NCBI GenBank assembly: GCA_016784125.1 | Contig: JADHVI010000003.1 | Span: 7,241 to 71,240 of the forward strand | Reading direction: 5' to 3' | From: Candidatus Woesearchaeota archaeon | GTDB taxonomy: Archaea; Nanobdellota; Nanobdellia; Woesearchaeales; GCA-2686295 | Length of the DNA stretch: 64,000 nucleotides | Part shown: positions 9,598 through 23,650 of the stretch, in pieces | How the letters are laid out: each line of letters begins with the position of its first letter | How positions within the stretch are numbered: position 1 is the first letter of the stretch | Notes under the pieces: model-generated | What the model was told of the DNA's origin: nothing | What the model saw: only the letters and a program-made list of their open reading frames with translations | Database searches by the model: none | Program-made: the position numbers and the translations under genes

Positions 9598-11343
9598 TTA
9601 ACTCTTCTTCTGTTTATAGAACTCTTCTTGGATTCTTTCTAATGTACAAGCATCATCAGGACTTCTATCGTCTCTGAGAGTTTTTACTCTAGGGAATCTT
9701 AAAGCATAGCCACTGCTGTATGTTGGACTTGCTTGGATTTCTTCGAATTGGATTTCAAGAACTATCTCAGGTTTAATCGTGACTTCTCGGCCTTTCTCTT
9801 GTTTGAAATGAGGTTTTAATAATTCTGTTAATTCTCCAAAGGATAATCCTTCTTCTGGCTTCTCTTTGACACCAGTGCCAACCTTACCTATTTCTAAGAA
9901 CTCACCGTTTTCATTGACACAAGCTAATGTAAATGAAGTTAGCCAACCGCTTCGTTTTCCCTCGCCCCATTCAGCGCCGACTACTACTAAATCAAGTGTG
10001 TCCATGTAAGACTTCAATTTAATCCATGAACCAGCTCTGGAGCCAGGTTTATAAGGTGCTTTCAGATTTTTAAGCATCACACCTTCATTACCTTTCTTCA
10101 CAGATTCATTGTAAAAAGCTGTTGCTTCTGCTTTATCGGATGTAACTATCTTTTTTGATAATATGATCTTGAATTCATCTTCTTTGATGATTTTCTCGAG
10201 TAAAATTCTTCTCTCTTCTAATGTCTTATTGAGCATTGTTTCTCCGTCATAATATAGAACATCAAAAACATTCAGTTCGACAGGAAGTTTTTTTGCAAGT
10301 TCCTCAATATTATACTTCCTTCTAATTCTTTGAGAAATATGTTGAAACACCATGTACTTCTTTGTTTTAGGATCATATCCAACTGCTTCACAATCAATTA
10401 TGAAATTTTTACCTTCAACGTTTTTCAAAACATACTTTGCAACTTCAGGGAATTGTCCAGTAACATCCTCTAGTCTTCTGGTTAAAATTTTAATCTGATT
10501 GTTGAATTTATGTATTTGTACTCTGAAACCATCATATTTGTACTCGAGAACAGCAGGAACTCCAACTTTTTCAAAACCTTCGTCCATGGTTGCAACTTTC
10601 TGAGCAAGCATAACCTTAATTGGATTTCCAGGAACCAAATTTATATTTCCTAGTTCTTTCTCACCTTTTATGGCAGCCAAAGCTACTGTTGCAAAATCAT
10701 TGCTTTTATCATACGCGCTTTGAACTAGCCCAACTACTTTGTTGAATTCTTCTCTATCGACGTCAATAGATATTTTTTCAGGATCGTAATTTACTTCTAT
10801 AGGTAAGTAAGCCCAAACAATAGAATCTCGTAGTGCACCATCTCCTATGCCCACTCTTAAGTCTTCTAAGACAGTTCTAATAATGTACTTAGCCTCTTTT
10901 GGTTTGGCACTTGATAATAATTCTGCAATCAATTGAGTCTTCCTGTCAACGCTCCCCATGCCTTCCATGTCATTAAGCTTTCTAAGATTAGAGAAGACTT
11001 TAGCTACGCTTAAGCTAGTTGAAAATAATGTTGCTTGAGATTTTGTGCCAATTACTTCTTCAGAAACTAATCCGAGATCACCGATCTCCTTCCATAATTG
11101 TTCAATCCTGCTGATTCCAGCTCCTGAAGCAGTATTGATTGCTTTCAAGACGAGCTTGCTTGCCACACCAATTTTTCGCTTGTCCCAATCAGGATATAAC
11201 TGTCCTCTTAATAACAAGATGATTGTACTTATATCCTCTTCATTGGTTTTCTTCAAAAGCTCAGATATATAGAATGTTTTTTCAAGTCTTTTGGAAGTGG
11301 ATTCAATCTTCTCATACACCTCGACCAGGTCGGAGTATTTCAT
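9598..11343 (-). CDS. lig: ATP-dependent DNA ligase
   Basis: Adenylation motif EYKYDGFRVQIHK (KxDG) and the conserved ligase C-terminus; 581 aa is typical for archaeal Lig. Confidence 0.92.
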   Translation of the reverse strand: MKYSDLVEVYEKIESTSKRLEKTFYISELLKKTNEEDISTIILLLRGQLYPDWDKRKIGVASKLVLKAINTASGAGISRIEQLWKEIGDLGLVSEEVIGTKSQATLFSTSLSVAKVFSNLRKLNDMEGMGSVDRKTQLIAELLSSAKPKEAKYIIRTVLEDLRVGIGDGALRDSIVWAYLPIEVNYDPEKISIDVDREEFNKVVGLVQSAYDKSNDFATVALAAIKGEKELGNINLVPGNPIKVMLAQKVATMDEGFEKVGVPAVLEYKYDGFRVQIHKFNNQIKILTRRLEDVTGQFPEVAKYVLKNVEGKNFIIDCEAVGYDPKTKKYMVFQHISQRIRRKYNIEELAKKLPVELNVFDVLYYDGETMLNKTLEERRILLEKIIKEDEFKIILSKKIVTSDKAEATAFYNESVKKGNEGVMLKNLKAPYKPGSRAGSWIKLKSYMDTLDLVVVGAEWGEGKRSGWLTSFTLACVNENGEFLEIGKVGTGVKEKPEEGLSFGELTELLKPHFKQEKGREVTIKPEIVLEIQFEEIQASPTYSSGYALRFPRVKTLRDDRSPDDACTLERIQEEFYKQKKS

Positions 11344-11534
11344 AAGATTTCATAAAGGAGGATCGTTTAAATAGTTTATCAAAAAGCGAAGCTTTTTTGG
11401 AAACTTCAAAAAATTTGGTTTTTTGTTAGTTTTTATCAAAGCAATATTTATAAATTGCTCTTGTTTTTCTCGCTCTATGAAACATCAAAAATCTTATGAT
11501 TTTTGGGCTTCATAAAATTTAAGAGGATATTTTT

Positions 11535-11687
11535 ATGAAATGTGATATTTGTGGTAAGAAAATAGAAAAGACATTCCTAAACAAGATTGTGGGCTCTTAT
11601 ATGCGTAACAGCAAACATAAGAAAAAAGTTGTTTGTCCAGAATGTCAGAAGAAGTACGGCAAGGAAGAATTACTAACTAAGTTATGA
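11535..11687 (+). CDS. small zinc-ribbon protein (50 aa, CxxC...CxxC)
   Basis: MKCDICGKKIEKTFLNKIVGSYMRNSKHKKKVVCPECQKKYGKEELLTKL; AAGAGGA RBS 6 nt upstream; absent from the ORF track because it is under 60 aa. Confidence 0.4.
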   Translation: MKCDICGKKIEKTFLNKIVGSYMRNSKHKKKVVCPECQKKYGKEELLTKL

Positions 11688-11699
11688 ATTAATTCTCAT

Positions 11700-11848
11700 G
11701 CCTCCGTAGCATAGAAGCTATTGCGGCAGCCTCGTACAACCGTTACGCCAGTTGATGTCAAAGTGGGTTTCCTCGCTTTGCTCGTCAAGCCCACGGGGTA
11801 AAGGTGAGAGCAAGCTGCAGGTCGGGGGTGCAACTCCCCTCGGAGGCT
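11700..11848 (+). tRNA. tRNA-Thr (anticodon CGU) with a ~76-nt intron at the canonical 37/38 position
   Basis: 7-bp acceptor stem GCCTCCG/CGGAGGC, U8, D-arm, anticodon stem GCAGC/GCUGC with loop C-U-CGU-A, variable loop AGGUC, T-arm GGGGG-UGCAACU-CCCCU, discriminator U; intron 11737-11812; GC-rich island in an AT-rich spacer; no CCA encoded. Confidence 0.55.
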
Positions 11849-11897
11849 TATTATTACTATAAGAATATTTATAAACTAACAATTATTCTGTTCTTCT

Positions 11898-12449
11898 ATG
11901 TCTCCTTATGATATTGGCGAGGTCAAAAGTGTTAGAAAGAAACTTGGTTTAACTCAATCAGATCTTGCTAAGAAAGCTAATGTTTCTCAATCGCTCATTG
12001 CGAAGATTGAAAGTGATAAATTAGATCCGACTTATTCTAATGCGGTCAAGATATTTGATGCTTTGGATTCTATGCAGAAGAAAAAGTCTTTGAAAGCCAG
12101 GGACTTCATTCACTCTGGAGTCATCGCTTGTCAAGAAGATGATTTGGTGCGGGCTGTTATTAAAAAGATGAAACGGCACGAAATTAGTCAGTTGCCTGTA
12201 ATAAGAAATGAGGCTATTGTGGGCGTCGTATCTGAAACAAGATTAATTGATTATTTGATAGATAATCCTAATATGGATTTGAAAGTTAAGGTTGTGATGG
12301 GGGATATTCCGCCTATTGTTTCTTTAAATACTGATGAATCAGTTATTTCTAGTTTGCTGAAATATTTTGCGTTAATTATTGTTCAAGATATGGGTAAGCT
12401 TAAAGGTGTTATAACCAGGTCCGATATTCTTAGACGAATATATGGGTAG
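11898..12449 (+). CDS. XRE-type HTH plus tandem CBS-domain regulator
   Basis: LGLTQSDLAKKANVSQSLIAKIESDK is a Cro/C1-type HTH; the C-terminal half has CBS-pair features (IVGVVSETRLIDYL ... GVITRSDILR). Confidence 0.6.
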   Translation: MSPYDIGEVKSVRKKLGLTQSDLAKKANVSQSLIAKIESDKLDPTYSNAVKIFDALDSMQKKKSLKARDFIHSGVIACQEDDLVRAVIKKMKRHEISQLPVIRNEAIVGVVSETRLIDYLIDNPNMDLKVKVVMGDIPPIVSLNTDESVISSLLKYFALIIVQDMGKLKGVITRSDILRRIYG

Positions 12450-12652
12450 AAACATTCTTAATTATTAGTGCACTCTTTTTTTTTAAGAATAAGGCAAGAT
12501 TAATTATCTTCGAGGTAGAAACATTCTTAATTATTAGTGCACTCTTTTTTCTTAAGAATAAGGCAAGATTAATTATCTTCGAGGTAGAAACATTCTTAAT
12601 TATTAGTGCACTCTTTTTTCTTAAGAATAAGGCAAGATTAATTATCTTCGAA
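12446..12652. repeat. three tandem ~69-bp direct repeats, each with an internal 8-bp-stem hairpin and T-tract
   Basis: Unit GTAGAAACATTCTTAATTATTAGTGCACTCTTTTTTCTTAAGAATAAGGCAAGATTAATTATCTTCGAG repeated three times; starts at the stop codon of the upstream gene and fills the whole gap to the convergent TFE gene. Confidence 0.85.
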
Positions 12653-12664
12653 TTTGAGAAGATA

Positions 12665-13165
12665 TTATTTCTTGCTGTTACTAAGTTCTTTTAACCTTTC
12701 GGTTAAGAATTCGATTGTTCTTTTGTTGTCTTGTTCGTGCATTATCTCTCCGCACTCAAGGCATTTAAAGTTGTGTTCTATTGCTTGATCGAAAATCATT
12801 CTTGCGCAAGCATTCTTGCACATGTAAAATGTGTTTGTTTGCTCTTTCTCTAGGCGTTCATTTAACTTTTCGATTTGCTTTAACTTTATCTTCAAGGCTA
12901 TCTCAGGGATTATCTTCTCATTGAAATCCCAATAACAAATGTACCATCCTTTAATCTTATCTTTTTTTCTTAGGAAGTGTACGATGTTATGTTCATATAA
13001 CCTATAAAGTAAGTTTCTGGTTCTATGGATCTCTAAGTCCAGCTCTTCTGCTACTATGAACTCAGAGATCTTGTTCTTTCCCCTCAGATAGAACACTATT
13101 TCTAAAGCCTCTTCTCCAACCAACTCCGTAACAACCTCTTCTATGAGCTTTTTATTGATGGTCAT
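12665..13165 (-). CDS. tfe: transcription factor E (TFE alpha, TFIIE-alpha homolog)
   Basis: N-terminal winged helix (EEALEIVFYLRGKNKISEFIVAEELDLEIHRTRNLLYRLYEHNIV) plus C-terminal zinc ribbon (C-x2-C...C-x2-C); start assigned to the first ATG (MTINKK); the ORF-track start 13201 is upstream. Confidence 0.6.
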   Translation of the reverse strand: MTINKKLIEEVVTELVGEEALEIVFYLRGKNKISEFIVAEELDLEIHRTRNLLYRLYEHNIVHFLRKKDKIKGWYICYWDFNEKIIPEIALKIKLKQIEKLNERLEKEQTNTFYMCKNACARMIFDQAIEHNFKCLECGEIMHEQDNKRTIEFLTERLKELSNSKK

Positions 13166-13649
13166 CTTATTTGTTTTTTTTAGTAAACATAATTGTTCCA
13201 TTTTATTTTTCTCCGTTCATCCTTGGATTGCTAAGTCTACATCCTATCTGTTCCTTAGCTAACAAGCCCCCAAGAATGTCTTGTGTTGCAAATAGTATTA
13301 CCGTTTTTCGTCTTTATAAACTTTTCGGTAAAAAAAACTTTATTTGTATGGACGAGTACCTCTCTACAGTCGAGAAAATATACTAAAAACCACACTAATG
13401 TATATAAGTGTATATTAACTACTAATTAGGTACAATGTGATAATTGTTAAAAAATACGTAAAATAAGCAATATTCTGTAATGTGCATCTCAAGATGCAAA
13501 TAAACAGAGATAAACTATTTCTTAATGGCACTGAGATTATACAATGCAAGAAAACAATGGTTTTCAAATTACTCAAAATATTTTTCTAAGAAAATTGCTT
13601 TTAAAAAATATAATGAGAGCCGCACATAAACTTATAGTCTTAATATATA

Positions 13650-16540
<2,891 letters not shown>

Positions 16541-16723
16541 TTTTATATAATGCAAAGACTGGTTTGTTTATGTGCGGCTTCATTAACATGATATATCACA
16601 ACACACTGTATGTTGTGGAAAGTTCAAAAGCCGGTGCTTTTGAACAAATCTAAGTAAGCATGTCTATGCCATAAGATTAACAGATGTTATCTAATTAATC
16701 TAGTGTGTAAAGTAAATATGAAG

Positions 16724-16797
16724 TGGACTCGTCGGGATTCGAACCCGAAGCCTTCTGGTTGCAAACCAGACGCTCTACCAGGTTGAGCTACGAGCCC
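16724..16797 (-). tRNA. tRNA-Ala (anticodon UGC) in the 16S-23S spacer
   Basis: Reverse complement GGGCUCGUAGCUCAACCUGGUAGAGCGUCUGGUUUGCAACCAGAAGGCUUCGGGUUCGAAUCCCGACGAGUCCA folds as a cloverleaf with anticodon loop UUUGCAA. Confidence 0.85.
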
Positions 16798-16869
16798 GTA
16801 TAAGTCCTATAGTAATGAGTATAAAAGGTAGGAATAAAAGAAACTATAAAATTATTAAATTAATAAAAA

Positions 16870-18334
<1,465 letters not shown>

Positions 18335-18761
18335 GTTTCTCAATTTCCGAGTTCCAAAAATTTACAATTTTTGTTACAACGGGAATTAATTTGTATTTCT
18401 AATTCAACAAAAGTTGAATACCGCTAGAATTACTTGTTTTATATCCTATAGTACGTTCATGGTCGCTTATATTAGTCACAATTATTTAGAATTGGCTCTA
18501 TATTTTAGAGCTATATAGTTTCATGGTTTTATTCCTACCAATACTTGAATTTTTATTTCAAGCATGAACTTCAGGTGTGTTATTCGTCATGCTAACGACC
18601 CGAAGGTCTCTGACAGAATTGGCGTTGATGAGTAGAAAATCACGATTTGGATTCTCGCCTTCACATCGATTGATTGTGAGATGTTTAGGGAAAAAAAGGC
18701 CATTTATAAATCTTACGATTAAAAGTATGATAATTTTTTTAGAAAGGTAAATAACTTGGAA

Positions 18762-19007
18762 TTACTGGTCGGTTTCAGTACATATATGATCTATGCATTT
18801 GCAAGTGAAATTTTCATATTGTAAACAAGCATTGTCTGGTGGGGCTGTTTCTAAAAATGTGTTTGAATAACAACCGCTGCAAGTCAAAAGTCCACAGTCT
18901 CCATTTGAAACACAATATTTGTCTGAGTTAACTTCGCTATCTGCGGGCGCACAACTAACTGCAACGAGCGCGACGCATAGTATTATAGTAATTAGTAATA
19001 TTTTCAT
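18762..19007 (-). CDS. small secreted/lipoprotein-like Cys-rich protein (81 aa, 10 Cys)
   Basis: N-terminal signal peptide MKILLITIILCVALVAVSC with a lipobox-like AVSC; mature part rich in Cys (CVSNGDCGLLTCSGCYSN...CLQYENFTCKCIDHIC). Confidence 0.45.
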   Translation of the reverse strand: MKILLITIILCVALVAVSCAPADSEVNSDKYCVSNGDCGLLTCSGCYSNTFLETAPPDNACLQYENFTCKCIDHICTETDQ

Positions 19008-19103
19008 ATTCTTTATACTATATTTATATAATATAAATTTTCCCTTTATGGTTCTTTTATTACAACAATATTTAAATATTTCAATTACTCAAAAATAGTA
19101 TAG

Positions 19104-19409
19104 GTGATTACTGGCACAGCGAAACGACAGAAACACGACAAATATCAGGATTATCTGTACGAACGGATAAAACATTCTTACAACGAAATATTGACTAATA
19201 TCCCATTATATTCTCAGAAGAAAGGTCGAAGAATAGCAGAAATAGATATCTTGGCATTTCATAATGATGGCTGTGATATTTATGAAGTAAAATGTTCTTA
19301 TAGGCCGGTCAAAGCAAAGAAACAACTGACAAAAATAAAACGATTAGTGCCAAATGTCAAGAACACATTTTTCTTCTGTGGAGAATCTGGTGTTTTAGAA
19401 TCTGTTTGA
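19104..19409 (+). CDS. putative PD-(D/E)XK nuclease (Hjc/restriction-endonuclease-like fold)
   Basis: E...EIDILAF...IYEVKCS fits the E/D...(D/E)xK catalytic pattern; non-ATG start, so the boundary is uncertain. Confidence 0.35.
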   Translation: MITGTAKRQKHDKYQDYLYERIKHSYNEILTNIPLYSQKKGRRIAEIDILAFHNDGCDIYEVKCSYRPVKAKKQLTKIKRLVPNVKNTFFFCGESGVLESV

Positions 19410-19446
19410 GTATATAAATGAATTTTAATTCTCATTTAATTTTTTA

Positions 19447-19809
19447 TTAATTATCCTTTTCCCAATAGATATCTGTTTCATCATAATTAATTTTAAACGC
19501 GATATACAAGAAGTCATCATCACTATTATTCACAACTTCATGCAAATCATCTGGTTCTATTACAATAACATCATTTTTTTCAACTAGAATTTTTGTTCCG
19601 TTCACGATAAAGAATCCATTATTGTTTAAGAAATAAAATATTTCTGTTTGTTTTTTGTGATGATGATTTTTTGCAACCTCATGTGGCTTAATTTTAATTT
19701 GTTGAACATGAGTTCCAGGTGCATTTAAATCTGTTTCAGTGAGAAACACTTTTTTACTATACCCCTCTTTTTCATCCCAAGATTTTTCCGATGACTTAAT
19801 GAATTTCAT
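19447..19809 (-). CDS. cupin-domain protein
   Basis: His-rich motif HHHKKQTEIFYFLNNNGFFIVNG...IVIEPDDLHEV typical of the cupin_2 metal-binding barrel. Confidence 0.5.
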   Translation of the reverse strand: MKFIKSSEKSWDEKEGYSKKVFLTETDLNAPGTHVQQIKIKPHEVAKNHHHKKQTEIFYFLNNNGFFIVNGTKILVEKNDVIVIEPDDLHEVVNNSDDDFLYIAFKINYDETDIYWEKDN

Positions 19810-19858
19810 AAGAATAATTTGATGAAGATATTATATAAAACTATTGGTGGAGAAAAAA

Positions 19859-20248
19859 CTATTCTATTATTGAAGTGTGCATTATCTCAATTACGAAGTT
19901 GATAAACACATCTGGTAAGTCAAACCATAATTCTCTATCAGACCAACCACCATGTCTGAATGCAATGCCTTTATCTTCTGCCCATTGTTTAATCTCTTCA
20001 ACGTCTTCTTTTTGTGTGTCAGATATGAATGCGATGTGAGTATTAATCTTCTTTTCAATTGGTGTTTGTTTATCTTCTGTCTCAATCACCTGAATATTTA
20101 TCGGGATTGGTTCTTGTCGTATCATACACCACCGAGCATCTCCTTCTCTATAAACAAGCTTACAACCAAATTTCTCTAGAAGTTCTATAACTAATTCTAA
20201 TTTATTCGGTGTGATGTTAAATGCGAAATGATGTAGTTTAGTTTCCAT
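19859..20248 (-). CDS. glyoxalase/VOC-family protein
   Basis: LHHFAFNI ... HIAFISD resemble the beta-alpha-beta-beta-beta modules of VOC proteins. Confidence 0.45.
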   Translation of the reverse strand: METKLHHFAFNITPNKLELVIELLEKFGCKLVYREGDARWCMIRQEPIPINIQVIETEDKQTPIEKKINTHIAFISDTQKEDVEEIKQWAEDKGIAFRHGGWSDRELWFDLPDVFINFVIEIMHTSIIE

Positions 20249-20264
20249 GTTTTTTAGTTAATTT

Positions 20265-20987
20265 TTATTTTTTCTTTGCTATAAATAACATTTTAGGTTT
20301 ATTTAATTCTTTGTCTTTCAAAGTAGCCTTTGACAAGTCTCCGCCATAATGATCTAATACTTCAAATCCTGCTTGCTCTAAAAAGAATATTAGTTCTTGT
20401 GGAAAATATAATCTGCTGCTCTTAGTATAACTTCCAACTTTCTTGTTGTCTTTTAATCTGAGAAAAGTTCTTGTTCCAATAAGTCTTTGTTTAGTTACAT
20501 CAACTTTTTCTTCGATAATCGCTTTGATACCCATAGCGGTTCTGTCTTTGCCAGTATCAACTCTTCTACCAACTACGCGGTTTTCTATAAGACCCATTGC
20601 ATTCTTTGTTTGAACTAAAAGCAAACCTCCTTTTTTTAGATGTTTGTTGAAATTCTTAAATGTTCTAAACACTTCTTCATTTGTTTTATTAAAAGCAATT
20701 ATGTTATTGATACAAATAATTGCGTCAAACTCCTTATTCATATTCAGAGTTTGCATAGATTGACATCCAAATTTTAGGTTAGGATAGTTTTTCTTTGAAA
20801 ATTTCACTTTTGCAGGGTCGGCTTCAACACCTTCAGCATTGTAACCTTTATCATGAAGATGTTTAACATGAGAACCAACACCGCAGCCAACATCTAAAAC
20901 ACTTTTTATTTTCCCATATTTCTTGAATAGTTTAATAATAAAAGAAGTGTCCTTCTTACTCTTTGGCTCTTGACACATAGCCCACAC
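20265..20987 (-). CDS. class I SAM-dependent methyltransferase
   Basis: Motif I VLDVGCGVGSHVKHL; motif post-I GVE. Confidence 0.7.
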   Translation of the reverse strand: MWAMCQEPKSKKDTSFIIKLFKKYGKIKSVLDVGCGVGSHVKHLHDKGYNAEGVEADPAKVKFSKKNYPNLKFGCQSMQTLNMNKEFDAIICINNIIAFNKTNEEVFRTFKNFNKHLKKGGLLLVQTKNAMGLIENRVVGRRVDTGKDRTAMGIKAIIEEKVDVTKQRLIGTRTFLRLKDNKKVGSYTKSSRLYFPQELIFFLEQAGFEVLDHYGGDLSKATLKDKELNKPKMLFIAKKK

Positions 20988-21129
20988 AACAGGATTTTCA
21001 ATTGAGTACTTTGAATATTTAATATATTTAGTTTTAATCGCCTCCTATGTTGACATGAGACTAGAGAATATATAAATTCTTTTCTTTTGCCGTTAAGTAT
21101 ATATAAAAAAAAGATTTCTAATTATTATC

Positions 21130-21708
21130 ATGAAACAAGTTTATTCTAAGATGTGTGACTTGGCAAAACCATATTATGAAAAAGGACGTCCGATGGATGT
21201 ATCGCATATTGAATGGATGATGCCAGAAGCACTTCTTGTTTGTCAAAAAGAAGATCTTGATGATTCTCTGTTGCTACCATTAGTTATCTTACATGATGTT
21301 GGATATGCAGAGGTGCCAAAAGATCATCCCTTTAAATTGGATGTGAGAAGAGCACATATGGCTGCAGGAGTGAAAATTGCTAGAAGGATATTAGAGCAGC
21401 TTAATTATTCTAAAGAAAAAACTGAAAAAATAGAGTATTACATATCTGTTCATGATAATTGGGCTTGGGGAGACAATGAAATTTACAAACAAGATATTAT
21501 ATTAGGAACATTCACAGACTTGGATTATGCCTGGATGGCAACACCTAAAGGATTTCTGGCTCTTATGAAAATACTTGAAAAAAATAAGCAAGAGATGTTT
21601 GAATTCTTAAAAACCAATGATAAATTAGTATTAAGACCTTTTTCTACGAAGACAGTTAAGGATTTATACGAAAGCTACTTGGAAGATAGACAAAAAGAGT
21701 TATTCTAA
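21130..21708 (+). CDS. HD-domain phosphohydrolase-like protein
   Basis: VILHDVGYA (HD motif) with downstream His/Asp residues (RRAHMAAG ... SVHDNWAW). Confidence 0.5.
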   Translation: MKQVYSKMCDLAKPYYEKGRPMDVSHIEWMMPEALLVCQKEDLDDSLLLPLVILHDVGYAEVPKDHPFKLDVRRAHMAAGVKIARRILEQLNYSKEKTEKIEYYISVHDNWAWGDNEIYKQDIILGTFTDLDYAWMATPKGFLALMKILEKNKQEMFEFLKTNDKLVLRPFSTKTVKDLYESYLEDRQKELF

Positions 21709-21709
21709 A

Positions 21710-23650
21710 TTAAAGAAGTTTGTCTCTTAGTTTTTTTATCTGATTTCTCTGTCTTATAGCCTCTTCAAAATCTAGTTTGTCAGCTGCTACTTGCATATCT
21801 TTTTCAAGTTCAATTATTAGATTTGGAATGTCTGATTTTGGAATATGTTTTACATCTTCTATATGTACTTCTTTTTCTTTAACTGGTTTTATGATTGTTT
21901 GTGGAGTTATATTATTATCTTTATTATATTTTATTTGTATTGTTCTTCTTCTAGCAGTCTCTTTTAATGCGTTTTTTATTGAGTCTGTTTCTCTATCTGC
22001 ATATAAGAATACTTTTGAATCAACATTTCTTGCAGCTCGTCCTATGATTTGTATTAGGCTTCTTGTGTCTCGCAAAAATCCTTCTTTATCAGCATCAAGA
22101 ATTCCAATTAATCCAACCTCTGGAATGTCAAGCCCTTCTCTAAGTAAGTTTATTCCAACTAAACAATCAAATTTTCCAAGTCTTAGTTCTCTGATGATCT
22201 CACTTCGTTCTAAAGTTTTAATTTCAGAATGCAAATATCTTGTTTTTATTCCTTGTTGTGCTAAATAATCAGTTAATTCTTCTGCAAGTTTCTTTGTAAG
22301 AGTTGTTACTAGTGCACGATTTTCTTTTTTAATAACCGCATTTACTTCTTTTTTCAAATGCTCCATTTGACCTTTTATTGGATGAATAAATACTTCTGGA
22401 TCAATTAATCCTGTTGGTCTAATGATTTGTTCTACAACTTGCGTTGAATGAGATGTTTCATATTCAGATGGTGTGGCTGAGACAAATATGATCTGTTCTT
22501 TTTTCATCTTTTTCTCAAACTCTTCAAACATTAGTGGTCTATTGTCAATTGCTGAAGGAAGTCTAAACCCATATTCTACAAGTGTGTTTTTCCTTGAGAA
22601 ATCTCCTTTGTACATCCCTCTAAACTGAGGTAGTGTCTGATGGCTTTCATCAATAAATATAAGATAATCTTCTTTAAAATAATCCAGTAAACAATATGGT
22701 GGTTCACCAGATTTACGTCCATCAATATGTCTTGAATAGTTTTCAATTCCTTTACAAGAACCTGTTTCTTCAATTAATTCAAGATCATACATGGTTCTTT
22801 GTTTTAATCTGTGTGCTTCTATCATTTCAAGTTTTGGAAGAACTTCCTCTAATTCTTGTTTAATTCTCTCAATTGCTTTTCGTAGTTCACTGTCAGGTGT
22901 TACGAAATGTTTTGCTGGATAAACAAAGAAGTAGCTTAAGTCTTCAATTACTTCAAGACTGGTTTTTTCAAGTTCTACTATTCGTTCAATTGAATCTCCA
23001 AAGAATTCTATTCTGATTATATCTTTTCCATATCCTGGAATGAAGTCAATTGTATCGCCCTTTGCTCTAAATCTTCCAGGCATTAATTCAAGATCATTTC
23101 GTTCATATAATGCACTAACTAATTTTCCAAGTAATTCATTTCTTGAAATATTCATATTTTTATGTAGTTCAAAACCCATTTTAATGAAATCATTTGGATT
23201 TCCAAGTCCATAAATTGCTGATACTGACGCGATAACAATTATATCTTTTCTACTAGAAATGGATGCGGTTGTTGCAAGTCTCATTCGCTCAAGAGTTGCA
23301 TTTATTTGTGAGTCTTTTTCGATATATTGATCTTTTGAAGGAATATAACTCTCTGGTTGATAATAATCATAGTAGGAAACAAAGTATTCAACTCTATTAT
23401 CTGGAAAAAAGTCTTTAAACTCATTGTATAATTGCGATGCTAGTGTTTTGTTGTGAGCGAGAATTATGGTTGGTTTATTTATTTGAGCAATGATATTTGC
23501 CATTGTAAAAGTCTTACCAGATCCAGTAACTCCTAAAAGTGTTTGAAAGTTATCTCCTTTGTTTATTCCACTAACTAGTTTTTTAATTGCCTCTGGCTGT
23601 GAACCTTTTGGCTTAAAATTAGCTTTTAATTTGAAAGTTTCTTGTTTCAT
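21710..23650 (-). CDS. uvrB: excinuclease ABC subunit B (UvrB)
   Basis: Helicase motif I GVTGSGKTFTMANII, beta-hairpin region YYDYYQPE, C-terminal UVR domain EEAIRQRNQIKKLRDKL; 4-nt overlap with uvrC. Confidence 0.95.
   Translation of the reverse strand: MKQETFKLKANFKPKGSQPEAIKKLVSGINKGDNFQTLLGVTGSGKTFTMANIIAQINKPTIILAHNKTLASQLYNEFKDFFPDNRVEYFVSYYDYYQPESYIPSKDQYIEKDSQINATLERMRLATTASISSRKDIIVIASVSAIYGLGNPNDFIKMGFELHKNMNISRNELLGKLVSALYERNDLELMPGRFRAKGDTIDFIPGYGKDIIRIEFFGDSIERIVELEKTSLEVIEDLSYFFVYPAKHFVTPDSELRKAIERIKQELEEVLPKLEMIEAHRLKQRTMYDLELIEETGSCKGIENYSRHIDGRKSGEPPYCLLDYFKEDYLIFIDESHQTLPQFRGMYKGDFSRKNTLVEYGFRLPSAIDNRPLMFEEFEKKMKKEQIIFVSATPSEYETSHSTQVVEQIIRPTGLIDPEVFIHPIKGQMEHLKKEVNAVIKKENRALVTTLTKKLAEELTDYLAQQGIKTRYLHSEIKTLERSEIIRELRLGKFDCLVGINLLREGLDIPEVGLIGILDADKEGFLRDTRSLIQIIGRAARNVDSKVFLYADRETDSIKNALKETARRRTIQIKYNKDNNITPQTIIKPVKEKEVHIEDVKHIPKSDIPNLIIELEKDMQVAADKLDFEEAIRQRNQIKKLRDKLL

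Noticed and set aside
11700-11848. SRP RNA or RNase P RNA candidate (GC-rich with terminal helix)
   Set aside because: Too short (149 nt) and lacking the SRP helix-8 and RNase P P4 signatures; a cloverleaf with anticodon CGU plus a 37/38 intron explains both ends and the internal stems
12446-12652. Possible CRISPR array
   Set aside because: Only three units, and they are identical to each other with no unique spacers; no cas genes nearby. A tandem repeat or terminator array is a better description
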